From positions 248,001-312,000 of the forward strand of contig LSRY02000033.1 in assembly GCA_001643675.2 (NCBI GenBank): DNA of 64,000 nucleotides. The letters run 5' to 3'. Shown piece by piece: positions 26,235 to 39,439 of this stretch. This stretch comes from Monocercomonoides exilis PA203 (Eukaryota; Protista; Preaxostyla). A model generated the notes under the pieces. It was not told the DNA's origin. It ran no database searches and saw nothing but the letters and a program-made list of their open reading frames with translations. Both the position numbers and the translations under genes were made by a program. Within the stretch, counting starts at the first letter, position 1; each line of letters begins with the position of its first letter.

Positions 26235-29200
26235 TTATTCTTGAGATTCCGAAACTTGCATCGCTTCTTCACTTGTTACAGTGTATGAGGCTTGCTGGTG
26301 ACTGCCACAATAACCATTTCCAGAGACTATCACAAAGTCAATTGCATCAGATATGGTGAGCATGGCAGCGCCATTAGGAAAGCGTTGGATGAATTCTCTC
26401 TTGAGGTTGATGAGAGAAGGTCGATTGCTTTCTGTGCGCGAAATGCATTCTTTTGCGATGCTTGAAAAAGACGAAGCGCTTGCTGTATCGACATTTGGCC
26501 TTTCTCCGTTGACTATCTTCTGCCCCGCCACCTCGGCTTCGTATTCTCCAAAAGGGATCTGGAGCGCCAGGCACTCCCACAACATCATCCCAATTGAGAA
26601 TGCCACTGACTCCTTTGTTGCATCCATCTTCTTGTTGATCAACAATTCTGGTGCCTTCCATCTCAAACACTCTTTCTTGTAATCATCCTCATCCTCAAAT
26701 GCAGATGAGGGAAGAGAGTCATCATCATCATCACTTGCAGAAGTCACAACAGTTGATGATGAGATGGATGATGATGAATCATCAGACAATAAGTCAGAGT
26801 GCAATGCAATGCAGATAACCATATGTTCGGAGAATAGCACGATGTGAGGACTCAGATTGGCAAGTGACTGAAGTGGGTTTTCCATTTCATCAAACGAGTG
26901 GAGCGCGAGATTAGCCACCCAGAACAGGATTTGTGCAGCCGTCTGCTCCCTCTCCTTCAATGAACCTATTGGCATTTCCTTTGTCTTATTCCTTCCATGA
27001 AGCAGCATGAACATCGAATCTCTCAAATCCACAATCAGCTTCTCATGAGGGGATGAGCAGACCATTGCATCCACCAGATTCGACATCGATGAGGTGGTTG
27101 GACACAGATCTTCACCTCGAACAAATGTTGATTCTGTATCTGAAGTGTGTGTGGTTGAAGTGGATGAGATGGATGGTGATGGAGTCCGCTTTCTTGAAAT
27201 ATCATCTTCATCTTCTTCCAACTTTTCTAATGCCCAATCAGGAATCTTATCTGAATCGCGCCCAAGGATATATTCAGTTGATCCACTCTCAGATAGAAGA
27301 TGCTCTGACGACTCTGAATGTCCCAAGCTTTTCTCATACACCCTCTTCTTAATCCTCTCTTCATTCTTCTTCTCAGCCTCCCTCTCAGCCCTCCTCCACT
27401 GCTCCTCAGGCGACATCTCCATCGTCACCATCTCAATCAGTTTCGGATCTTTCCTCACTGTGTCTTCAACAATCACTTCCAACTCTTCTGTTCTTCTTTT
27501 TTGCTTTTTCCATCGAACTACAAACACGATAAATCCGATGAAGACAATGAGAAAGAGAACAACAAACACTATAAGAATTATTGTTGACAAGGATGTAGAT
27601 TTACTGCTTTGATATTGGGATAATGCATCATTAGAATCGCTTTTTCCTTGATCAGTTTTATTTTTCAGAACAATGCTTGATGTTGATGATGGGTTTTGCG
27701 GATTGCTGAATAATATTGCAACTGATACTTCAGTGCTTTGTGGAGTCGAAAAAATCAAAGAGGCAGAAATTGTTGTATGTATTTCTGTTTCATTTAAAAA
27801 TTCGTTTGAATGGAGTGGAAATGTTTCGAGTTTGTGGAGGGACCCTTCAGTCAAATCGAGCTGAATTTGCAGGTCACATGGAAGGAGCAAGCTTCCAGTG
27901 AGATTCAAAATAAGATTATTATTTTGTTGGTATGTATTGGCAGAATGCAGCTTAGGTACAAAGAAAGGAGAAGCCCTTTCCAAAGCAACTCCACCAAATG
28001 TACAGCCATTATTTGAAATCCACAATGATGTATTTGGTAAAAAGCCGTCTCCTCCTTTAAGGCTCGCAATATTCAATAATGAGTCATCTGTGCAGATTAT
28101 ATTTCGATGTACGGATGGAAATTCATCAATAGTTGGGTTATTGTTGGAGAATTTTCCATCATGAATTGAAACAATTGCCGAAGAAACATCAATGCCTCCT
28201 TTGGATGAATTGGTAATTGTTGTGTCTTTAAGCAATGCCGAACAATTGCGAAGAGATAAAAGCGAACCGTTCCAAAAACAAATATCTCCAGATTCAACGT
28301 TTGTTCTGTTGGATTCGTTTTCACGAATTATATACCCATCGAATAAACACAGTTCGAGATCAATATTTGAACATGAACACACACATATACTGCTTCCATT
28401 TTCTAAAGGTGAACAAATATCGGAAAATGAACAGTTGACAAAAGATATTGGCTGTGCCATCGATTGAGCAGACACAATGGAGGATCCTTGTTGAGATTGA
28501 TTGCATCTAATGAATGTTGAAGAAATCAACGATATTGCGAAAGTTTGCTTTGATATGCTTTGTTCTGGAGCATCTGTTTGCGTAAAACTAATGAGATGTC
28601 CATCAGAAATTTCAACGTCAGATGCAAGTATCTCTCTAAGGGTGATAGATGAGTTATCAATAATGATTGTGATAAGATCAGAGTGGGACTTAACTTGAGA
28701 CAATTGAAGTCTCGAAATCGTAAGATTGCCTTTATCGCATTCGATGAGACACTTAACGTTGAGATGTTCATAGGTACAGTTTTCGAGAGTGCAGCTCATA
28801 AAGTTGTTGAAAATGATGCAAGGAACAAAGCTGATGTTTTGATTATTATTCGATGAAAACAGACAATTTTGGAGATGAATGGATCCAGAAGTTATTTTGA
28901 AGAGATTAACATGCTCACCAAAGAAGTTATCGGAGAATGAAAGCAATATTGAATGTATTTCGACACTTCCATAGGAATCAATAACACTACTACGAGTCTG
29001 TTCAATCAAGTTTATGCATGAGATAGTTGCTAGTGCTCGATCTTTTGATCTCAGTGCAACATCATGAAGATCAATCTCTTGTTCAATAGATGTTACAAGA
29101 TCTATAACAACAGTTGAGAAATCACCAATTACAAGATGACCAAGAGCATACCCAACAGTTTGGCAAGGAAGATGCGAGAATCCGCACTTTTTGTTGTTGA

Positions 29201-32200
29201 TCCCATTTTTACCTGATGCTTGTGAGACATGGATTACCGAAGCCTGGAAAATGGTGATCAATTCTATCAAGTCAATGGAATTATTTCTTTGCTTATCTAT
29301 TCCGTATATCGCGTTGATACGATTGAAGTAACCGTCTCGAAGGTCAAAGACAAATTGGGATTCATTGATCTGGCGAGATATGTTAAAGCACCTCACAAAC
29401 ACGTCTCTTGCAGTTTTTGCGACGTTTGAGTCGAAGCGGATTGCTTGAAGCAAGAAGTTAAGATCGCCCACTAGCTCAGATGAAAGGAATAAACCTCCTC
29501 CTGCACCTTCTGTTGCAGAACAGCTACACATTATTACAGAAGAATTTTGCATTTTCATGCTTCCACTTCCAACAATTGGAAAAAGCATCAATCCACCAGC
29601 CAAAGAGTCCAAAGCACGGCAAGATTCGAAAGTTGAACCGTTGATAGTCAACGTTGAATCTATTTGATCAGAGCAACAAAACAAGCTGGGATTATTGTCA
29701 AAGCTGACAGCTGAATAAAATTCACATTCACTGACGCAGAGATAAGTTAGCGTGTTGGAATTGAGTGATTCTACTTTTTGATGAACTGTAAACAAGCTTT
29801 CTGTTTGTATGGATGCTGTCGAAGCAAGCAATTTTTCGAATGTGCAATCACATCCTTCAAAGATTAAAAAAGTTGGGCAAGTTGTGAAGATTTGAGAAAA
29901 CGAAAGTGTGCTGATAACAATCTTTCCACCTTGAACATTGAGAAAGGAATAATCGCCAGGAGAGTGTTGGGTGTGCATTGATTGAAGGGAGCAATTAATC
30001 AGAGTCGTGTTTCCATCGACGCATATAATTAATGCATATCCATTGTTGGAGAAATCTGTACCAACTGAAAAAGCAATATTTTGTATCGACAGGGAATGCG
30101 AATTGGTGAGTGAAATAGAAGAAAATGACTGTTCGAATATATTCAAGAAATTCAAAGTTGCCTGAGATTGTTCTTCTCCGCTTTGTGAACTTTGGATCGT
30201 ATAATTTGACAAATCGAAAGAATCGCTTAGGAAAGATGAATGATGAATGAATATCGACTTTGATAGGGATTCATCATTTGTCTGAGACCATCCCTTTCTG
30301 AATGAAAAGCATGGGTCATCAGGCGCTCCACATCTCATAATATCGAATCCATAAAATGAAACAAATATAGAGGAGCTTGTATATTTTACCAAAAATCTCA
30401 GCAGATTTGCACAGGTGAATTTTTGATCGTTTCCAATAAAAAGGTTTGGATCTTGATCTGATTTGTCATAAGAAAAAGAGAATGTTTCACTTGTGACAAT
30501 GGAATTAAGATCCGGACTTTCAATGAACATATTTTTACCAATAAAAGCTGAGTTGTTCAAAAAGATAACATTAAGGAGTCTAAAGGATTGAGATTGAAGA
30601 GATTTTGAGGAATCAAGGAATATAAATCCTCCTCTTCCAACTTCAACGGAACAGGAGCATATTTTGCATTCAGAGTTATTTAGTGTGAATGACTGGTTAG
30701 CTCCAGTCTGGATACGAAATACTCCTCCTTGTGGGCTTTCATTTGAATAAAGTTCCGTAAAGTTGCATGCTTCTAATGTTACATCAGAATTCAAATCAAA
30801 TGGGACGAAATGGAAAGAGAAGTGCTGAACAATGCAGCCTATCAGTTCCACTCGACCTTGTGATGAAGAAATCAAGGAGTATCCAAGTAACTTGGTTGAA
30901 TTACATTCAAACGAGCAATTTTTAAGAGTTAGCCGACTTGAGGAACGAAGAAGAGAAGTGGCGTTGCTTGAAAATTGTGCTGGAACAACAAACTTCGTAA
31001 CGTCAAAAAGAACATTATCAGAACAGTGGAGTACGGCTTGCGAAGTATCACTACCGAGAGATTCATATACTGTCAAGATATAAGACACATTCTGATAGGT
31101 TGAAACAACAGCAATATTTTTTAGTTGATAAGATTCTTGGATGAATGTCGAAGTTGATATTGATAATTGTCTTTCTTGCGTTTCAGGATCTAAGTTCCTG
31201 AATCCAGCCCAAAATGATTTGCATGGATGATTCTGTTTGCCACAGCCAATCGCATCAAATCCACTTTGTGCAATTTTGATTGTGGAACTCTGGAAGCGAA
31301 TTAGAAATAAAAATAGATCGACGTATTGTTCATTGAAGAATGAATAGTCGGTACCTTCCATGCTTGCAGTTGGTGCTCCATCAGAGTTGAACAAAGAAAA
31401 CAGGAAATGTGATTGAGTTACACAAGAATTCAAGCATTTACAGAGAAGGAACAGATCTTTCCCGAATGCTGCTTTGTTTTCGGAGAACTTAACTTGTGAT
31501 ATCTGATAATCTGCCAAAGAATCATTGGATAGGTGGAGGAGCATTCCTCCTCCTTTTCCTTGACTTCTATTGGTTTCGCATCTAACAAAAGAGGTTCCAT
31601 CAAACCTTAGCTTACAGGACTCGCTCATTAAACAGTTAATGGCACATCCGTCGCTTGATAAAGAGATACAATCTTCAATCATACATGAATCTGAAAGTTC
31701 CACAGCTGCGCAATTGCAAGCGCGAATGATACTTCCGTGATTCATCTTGCATCTCTGAAATGAAGATTGTTTTATTGATGCGTTTGCATTATTATTGAAT
31801 GCAACAAGGCCGACATGATCAGATGAACAAACAGAGATGTTGCAATGCTCTAAAATACAAGATCCTCCATCAATTGAACATATTCCCGCATTTACAGAAA
31901 AGTTTAAACCTTCCACGGATACCTCATCAAGCTGGATGATTCCTCTTCCTCCGGAAATTATCCACAAATGAGCTTGTGTTTGTTCCTGAGTAGAAGATAC
32001 AATGTCAATTGCTTTCATTGACAGAATGCCAACAAAAGCTTTGATGAGTTCTTTATTGTTAAACAAAGCTGGAAGAGAAATTGTTAATTTACTGAAAGTT
32101 AGTGAAGTTGAGCGATTTCCATTTGTGAGTTCGAAATGAGCATCAGATTCAATGAGTAATATTGAGCTTTTGCTCTTTCCATCTATTGAAAGTGATTTAT

Positions 32201-35200
32201 CTCTGCGATTTATTGTTCCTTGAGCGGTCGCAGAAAATAGAATAAGAATGACGCTTTGAATTTCTGTCATTTTGGAGAAGCCAATATCTAAAGAAGTGCA
32301 TGGATGGGTCTCATTTCCACAGTTGGAGGGATCGACGCCTTGTCCTTCATCGACAAACATAGTCTCCCTTGATGAAGAAAACAAATATTTTTTCATTGTT
32401 TCTCCTTTTGATAAAATATCCAAGCTGTTGCAAACCCATAGATCCGCATCATCCATTTCTTCTGAAAATGAGGAGGTGAAGAGTGCACTTTTCACCACAT
32501 TTCTTGGAGATGGACATGCGAGATAAAAATGTTTCCCATATTCTGCTTTGTTCTGAGAGAAAGCCACGCGCTTCATGGAATATTGTACACTTTCTTCTGA
32601 AAAGGAGGCATAAATTCCACCACCGCAGCTGTTTTCACCGCACACAGTGCTTAGCTTAACTGTGCTTGAGTCAAAAGCAAATCTTCCAGATTTCTCCACT
32701 GAAACACTCAAGCTACCGCCTTTCATATTCTCTTGTGTGATTGCACATCCATCAAATGATGTGTTGCTCACGGTTAGTTCGTGACCGTCACGAACGGAAG
32801 CGGAGATGACGCCTCCAAATCCAGAAATTCGCTCAATTCGCTTGAAATTAGAACTCTTAACAGAGAATAAATTAACATCCGTTGCAGATACAAGGGCGCA
32901 TAATTCTTGTGTGCAGAAGTTTGAAGTCATATTTTCAATGGTCAAAGTTTCAGTATCGAGTACATAAATAAGCCCATTAATGCTCTGTGAGTAAGTGGAA
33001 ATAATCGATATGTTCACAAAGTTACATTTCACAGCATCCAAACTGTTTCCAATCGCAACAATCAAAGGTACTGGGCCATATGATGAATCGGAGACTGAAA
33101 ATCGTGTACACGTTAGTGTTCCTCTTTTTACGTGCACAAATGAGTAAGCATATTTCAAGCCTTCTGGTAAGGGAGCTGCAGCTGTTCTGAAATCCTGAAA
33201 GGATAACGTACTGCCTGAACATTCAAATAATGTTGTTCTTTCGGTTAGCAAAGGTGGTGCAGAAAGTGTTATTCCCCAAAACGTCACATCTGTTTGCGTT
33301 TCAATGAGTCCATCACCTTCTCCTGAGCCACCGTTTTGAACATTGATCTGTGTTCCTATTTGTTCAACAGCAATTGTTGTATTAGTCTTATTCAAGCATA
33401 TCCTGTCAAGGAAGACAAAATGTTGAGAAAGCTGAATTGTTGCATTGATTCCATCGAACAGCCTGATTGCAGCAAGAATTGAGCAGCACGGATAATCGGA
33501 AAATCCGCAAAGAGAATAATCCGATCCTTCTGGACCAACATACGCAGGAGGAGAAAATACTCGAAAGAACAATACCAATGGAATGACTTGGTTTGAACTA
33601 TCTTTCTCGTTTCCACTCAATTGGTTGAGATCAGGGTGATCATAAGCTGATGAGTTGAAAGAGAAATCAAATTTGGTGAAAGATGTTACATCTTTAAGGG
33701 ATTTCACATTTAGAAAGATGTTTTTTCCCTTTGATGCATTGCAGGAATTGAATAAAAGGTTTGAAAAATAAAAATCTGTTCCACCATCATTTATGCCCAA
33801 ATAAATGCCTCCACCAAACCCTCCTTTTCCTTCCAATTCGTAAGAACAGCATTCAGTGAATGAGGTTTGGAGAGAACTTGCATTACCTATTACGAGATAA
33901 CCACTGTAATCCATTTCAATGTAGAGCCCTCCTCCATGTGCAGCAGTGCAGCTACATTGATTAAAACAACCTCCGTTGATTATAAGACTTTTCCCATTTT
34001 TGACAGTGCATTGTAGAACTCCACCGTGAAACGAATTTCTTGTTGCGGATGTAAAGTTTGAGTCCTGAAATACTATTTTTTGAGATTGTTGAAAATACAC
34101 AACAGCACAATCCTCATTTTCAAGTGACAAAGAGAATGAACAGTTCGTCAGGTTGAGTTCGTCTTTGGACGAAGATAAGCAAATTATGCCATTTGTTGCA
34201 GAGGTTGAAGTGCTCGTCAGCGTCACAAAGGAGAAAGTTATTACAGATCCCGAGCTGGAGAGGATATTTTTATTTTGGGATATAATATTACTTATCTGGA
34301 CTATATTTAACAGATGAGAACCAAAACATGCTGAAAACAAATGATAAGCAAGAGATGAAGCACTCTGTAGAGGATTAAATGAGCAGCAGTTTATAACAAG
34401 CTCTCCAGGATTTGAGTGAGAGAAAAGTGAAGGAGACGTGAATATTGAAGATGGAAGATTAAAAAGAATGCAATTGAAAATAGTCATGAAAGGTTCTATT
34501 CCCTTTGTACATAACAAACCAGCTTCATCTGATTCACTACCAACCACAGTTATGTTTGAGCAAGATTCTAATCCACTGACATTATAACAGTGTGTACTAT
34601 CGAGAGCAACAAACTCAGAAAGAATAAATTGCTCAGAAAGAATGATTGATTTTTTGAAAGATTTTAGCTTGTTAAAGGAGTAAGTTAGAGATCTACAAGG
34701 ATACTGAACAATTCCACAGGGTGCAACGTCCAAACCTGATGAAGCAATAGAAACAGTAGATCCAATGCTAGCAAAAAAATAAACGAGTGGAATGGCATTT
34801 GTTACGTCACTTCCATCAAACCCTTTTGCTGAGTCAATTGAATCAAGAGAAGCATTTTTCAAAAAAGGCATGCTCGTTTCTGTTGTGGTTGCAGTGAGAT
34901 TTGGCGAAGAAACAAAAATATCTCTACCAAAATGGGCATTATTTGGACAAGAAGAAGAGAATGCAGGAGAAGATACAACAAACAAAGAATTGCTGTGTCG
35001 AAGCTCAAGGAATAAGCCACCACCAAAGCCAAGAGTTGGAGATCCAGTTGGTGCAGAACAACAAGAAAATGAGCATGATTCGATTTTAGTGTTGCAGCAA
35101 TTACCAAATTTCATAAACATAGCACCACCACAACTTTTGCTTGCAAGAACATTGCATCCAACAAATGAACAGTTCCAAATATCGACAGATTTTTCTCTTT

Positions 35201-38200
35201 CCGTTTCTTCAATTATGGACAAACAGCTTCCGTTTGATAGGGTAGAATTTAAACCAGAAAAGGTCGTATTCCTGAGGTTGAGTTCAGCTCCTTCAGTAAC
35301 CGTCACAAAAGCACAACTCACAGAAGTGTTAGAATTAATTGTAGAGTTCAACACTGAGGCAACTCCAAAGAGATCGACTTTGATAATACCATCTGCGTGC
35401 AAGCTACTTAAACCGTTGCATGCGAGTCCTTCTGCAATTATGCATGAACTTTCTCTTGAAATACAAATAGCCGGAGACGAAGAAAACTGGATTGCAGTGA
35501 GCCAGACTGATTGCAACTTTAATACCCCTCCAACGACATTTATCAAAGATATTTGTAAAGAAAAAGTTGAATGAGAAGTGAAAGAACAGCTTAAAAGATT
35601 CATCACATCTCCGTTGCATGTGAAAAGGCTTGTTCGAACTGCAGCTGCAAGTGAATTTGTCAAAGAAAAGGATGCATTAATTAATGAACCTTTTGCAGAG
35701 GATGTAATTAATCCATTGTCTTGATAGTTGTCAAAGAGCACAACATTTATGCATGAACCATTTGAGAGGCATTTCACATCCCATTGCTGGGAATCCATAA
35801 GAAGGGTATCTTTCCAAGTGAATCCCTCAACAGCAACGATACTAATTTTTCCTATCGGAAATCTCTTTGTGATTGCATACTTGAGAGAAGAGCAAGGATA
35901 CTCTTGAAATCCACAATGGGAAAAATCTTTACTATTTTCGCTTGCAACAAATGCGGTGGATGGAAGAGGATCCACAAAAAATAGATAAAGAGGAATAAGG
36001 AACAATGAATCTCCACCTTCAAAACCCACCATATCATCTTTATTCATTTCTAATGAATCAAATTTGAATGTTTGAGCATTCACAATCGCAAAAAGATAAT
36101 CAGCTTCAACAAAAATGTTATTTCCTTTCCATGATGTGCAGTTACTGAATGATATATGATTGAATGAAAGTGAGTTGGCCAGTTTTGTTGTGCATAAATA
36201 GATTGCTCCACCTTTTCCTTTCTGATTTTGATCAGTGCTTACGCTGCAAGATGAAAAAGATGTTGCCGAAATGTTACCAATTGATAATTTGCTTCTCGAA
36301 TTCATATTAACGTAAATTCCGCCTCCATTTCCGTTGGTGCATGAGCATTTGTGTAGAAAAACAGAATCAAGAACAAGTTCTTTGTCTTGTTCAAGCGTTA
36401 TTTCCAGTACACTCCCATTTCCGCTAAATCGCGATATTGTAATAAAGTTAACATATTGCATATTTATTGCTGCAGAAGGAGATACAGAGATCAGAGAAGT
36501 AAAAGATTGCACATCAGAGATAATGCAAGAAATAAGATTTAAAGTTCCACTTTGAATACGAAACCATGAAGATTCAAATACTTTTTGCTGATCATCACTG
36601 GTGAATGAATGCATACTCACAGAAGTGAATGATGCAACTGCACTTGCTCCGCATATTGAAATCAATGAAGTTTCACTATTATTTGAGTCATGAATGATTG
36701 TGAGTTGCAAGAGCTTCAGAAATGCTTGTGAAAGGTCAAACAGAGCTGCATTATCCGAGGTCAGTGATTGTGTGTTAATAATGCTCGAGCTTATTGAATC
36801 CCCCTGAATAGTTGTTAAATTTCTGTGTAAATGGAATGAAAATGGATATAACTCTGTTTGCAACAAAGTGTACATTGCAGCAGTTGAATCTCCAAGCTGG
36901 ATCTGAGCAATTTCCATGGAGACGCAAGGACTCTCTTGTGTAAATCCACATGGAGTTGTTGATTTTCCTGAGGATGAAATATAGATCTGAATGCACAATG
37001 GAAGTCAATTGTTGTACACATCACTATTAGCAGTTCCAGAGTAATAAACTCTGCCACTTTGAGTTGTTGAGAAAGAAAATGCAAAGGGGGTTGTTGAGAG
37101 AAGAGATCCCCCAAATGAGACATCGTGACCCAAACCATTTGCAACCTTATTCAAATGAAAAAAGCAATATGTAATTGTGGGATTACTATTCATCCACTCA
37201 GCAACATTATCGAATGTAATTGCTCCTCCAATATATGAAGAATTTGAAGAAAGCATTTGATTCCCTATGAGTTCGGTGTCTGTTATTAAAAGAGAAGGAT
37301 ACAAAGGTGGTCTTTCATGTATGATTAACGCTCCTTTATTCTGTTGTCCCTTGTTTCTGATGAAAGAGCAATGACGAAAAAGGGCAATACCTGTCTCTGG
37401 TATTTTTGAGGAGCGTGAATATATACCGCTCCCAGTGACTGATCTAATTGAGCATTGAACACATCTGATATTGATCCAGATATCGGTGTGAGTGAAATCA
37501 GCCGAACAAACTCCCCCTCCAGCAGATGCAGAACAGTTTGATATATTAACGTTTTTTGAAATTTGATCTCTATTAGAAATGAAAAAAAAAGCTCCACCAT
37601 GCCCTGATTAGAAAGTTGTTGAACATGAATCGCTAATGCAATTCAATATGGAAACATTAAGAGAATTTTGTATGAATAATGCCCCTCCATAATAAGAATT
37701 GGATGTAACGTTTATCCATTCACACCACAAGAATAGGTGATCTCCACTTGAAAATGATCTATACAGCAAGGACTGTTTTTCTTCTTCTGTTCCAGCAAAA
37801 TCAGTATTAAAAGAACGCGTGCATGATGTGAATGAGTTGTTTACTGAGTTAAACGAAGAATGCGGAATGTTAACAGAATGAACAATTCCACCATCAATTG
37901 CATTGTTAATAGAGTTAAATGAGCAAGATGATATCAATGTGTGGCAATAAGATTTCGGAATGGAAGCGCAAGAACTATGGAGCTTGGATGTCATGTTGAA
38001 AAAGATGCATTTATCAAGGAATATTCCGGAGTTATCTTGAACGCAGATAAAAGGTGCAGTACATGTGACAAATGAAGAAAACACAGAGAATGAAATAGCA
38101 TGTGAGCTCGTGTCTATAGAAGTGGAACTTGGCAAAATGGAAACTGAAGATAGCAATTGAGGAAAACATTGCACAATTGAAGGTGAATGAATAGAAATAT

Positions 38201-38606
38201 TGAAAAGGTTTGTTGAACTTGAGCTGAAACGTATGAGACTATGAGGTGATTGCGCATTTGCAAGAAAAGTTGTGGAGAGAATCTCGAGTGATGAAGATGA
38301 GTGTAAAAAGATGATATTCTTATTTTTCAACTGTTTTATACATACAAACTCCGCATGAAGCGAAGAATTACTTAAAAGAACATGAGTGGATATGATTGTG
38401 TTAAAATTCATTTTTGAGTTATTCTTGTCGAAATGAATGTTATTTTTTGATGATGCACAATCAAAGATGCAACAGCTTTGATTATATTCCTTTACATTTA
38501 CACTGGCTAACATATGTTGAACTTCATTTCTATTTGTTAAAGCTTCAATGGTTGTTGTTTCATTGGATGAAAAGGGAAAGAAAAGAAGCAAGCAACTGAT
38601 AAACAT
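26235..38606 (-). CDS. Giant type-I receptor-like protein (beta-helix-like ectodomain, TM, kinase-like tail) with two in-frame stops; possibly a pseudogene
   Basis: ORFs 37608-38606, 37005-37304 and 26235-36998 share one frame (4124 codons). Signal peptide, 8 CGxxxxPC modules, GG(A/G)I(Y/F) motifs, TM TIILIVFVVLFLIVFIGFIVFVV-RWKK, kinase C-lobe LRWKAPE...FSIGMMLWE...IPF...RP. Confidence 0.85.
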
Positions 38607-38914
38607 TAAAAATAAATAATGGTCGTATAATCAAAAATTAAATATGGCTTGAAAAAATGGTTATTATTTTCCAAGAAAAATTATCCAAAAATAGCGAAAT
38701 GTTGATGATTAATTGTTGAAAAGTTATGAATAATATTATAACATGCCTTTTTTCTTTCAGAATTGCGGAAAACGAAAAAATTTTTATTATAAAATAAATT
38801 AAAATCATGAATTTTCTAATTGCCTTTGAAGCAACAGTTTTCAAATATTATTTTTAAAATCTTCAATTTTCTTTATTGTTTGTTTCAAAGGATAATTTAG
38901 TTAAAACAATTTGG

Positions 38915-39115
38915 CTGATCTTTTTTGAAATCATACTTTCGTTCGAGTTTTGATCAAAATTTTAATATCAATGGGATTTGAGTCAAAATTTGTTTTTCCA
39001 ATCGCAATATCATAAACAATAAGTATTTTCAGTTTAAACTCAATTTTTCGAAATCCCATTGAGATTAAAATTTTGATCAAATCTCGTACGAAAGCATGAT
39101 TTCAAAAAGGATCAG
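38915..39115. mobile_element. 201-bp MITE with 65-bp TIRs and an 8-bp TSD
   Basis: 38915-38979 and 39051-39115 are inverted repeats with about 5 mismatches, flanked by CAATTTGG (38907-38914) and CAATATGG (39116-39123). Confidence 0.78.
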
Positions 39116-39439
39116 CAATATGGTTAATGAATTCGCAATGGAGCGAATCTACAAACGCAAGGAGCAGGTTTGCTCCTCAATAATGAGTATTAATCACGAT
39201 TTATGGGTGGTTTAAGATCTAACTTCGCCAATACTCAAATCCAAAGTAGATCCAAATTGTCCGCAATAAAAGTGAAGCAACAGCCTGTAATAAAAATACA
39301 GAGACGGCGATGGAAAAGAATTAGATCTAGATTAGAAACTGGAAAGAGGAATAATTATTATTGAAGAATTTCCAGGAGCTGTTAATGTTAGACAACATCC
39401 GGAACAGAAGATAGTGCACAGCGGAAAGAGCCGAACAGA

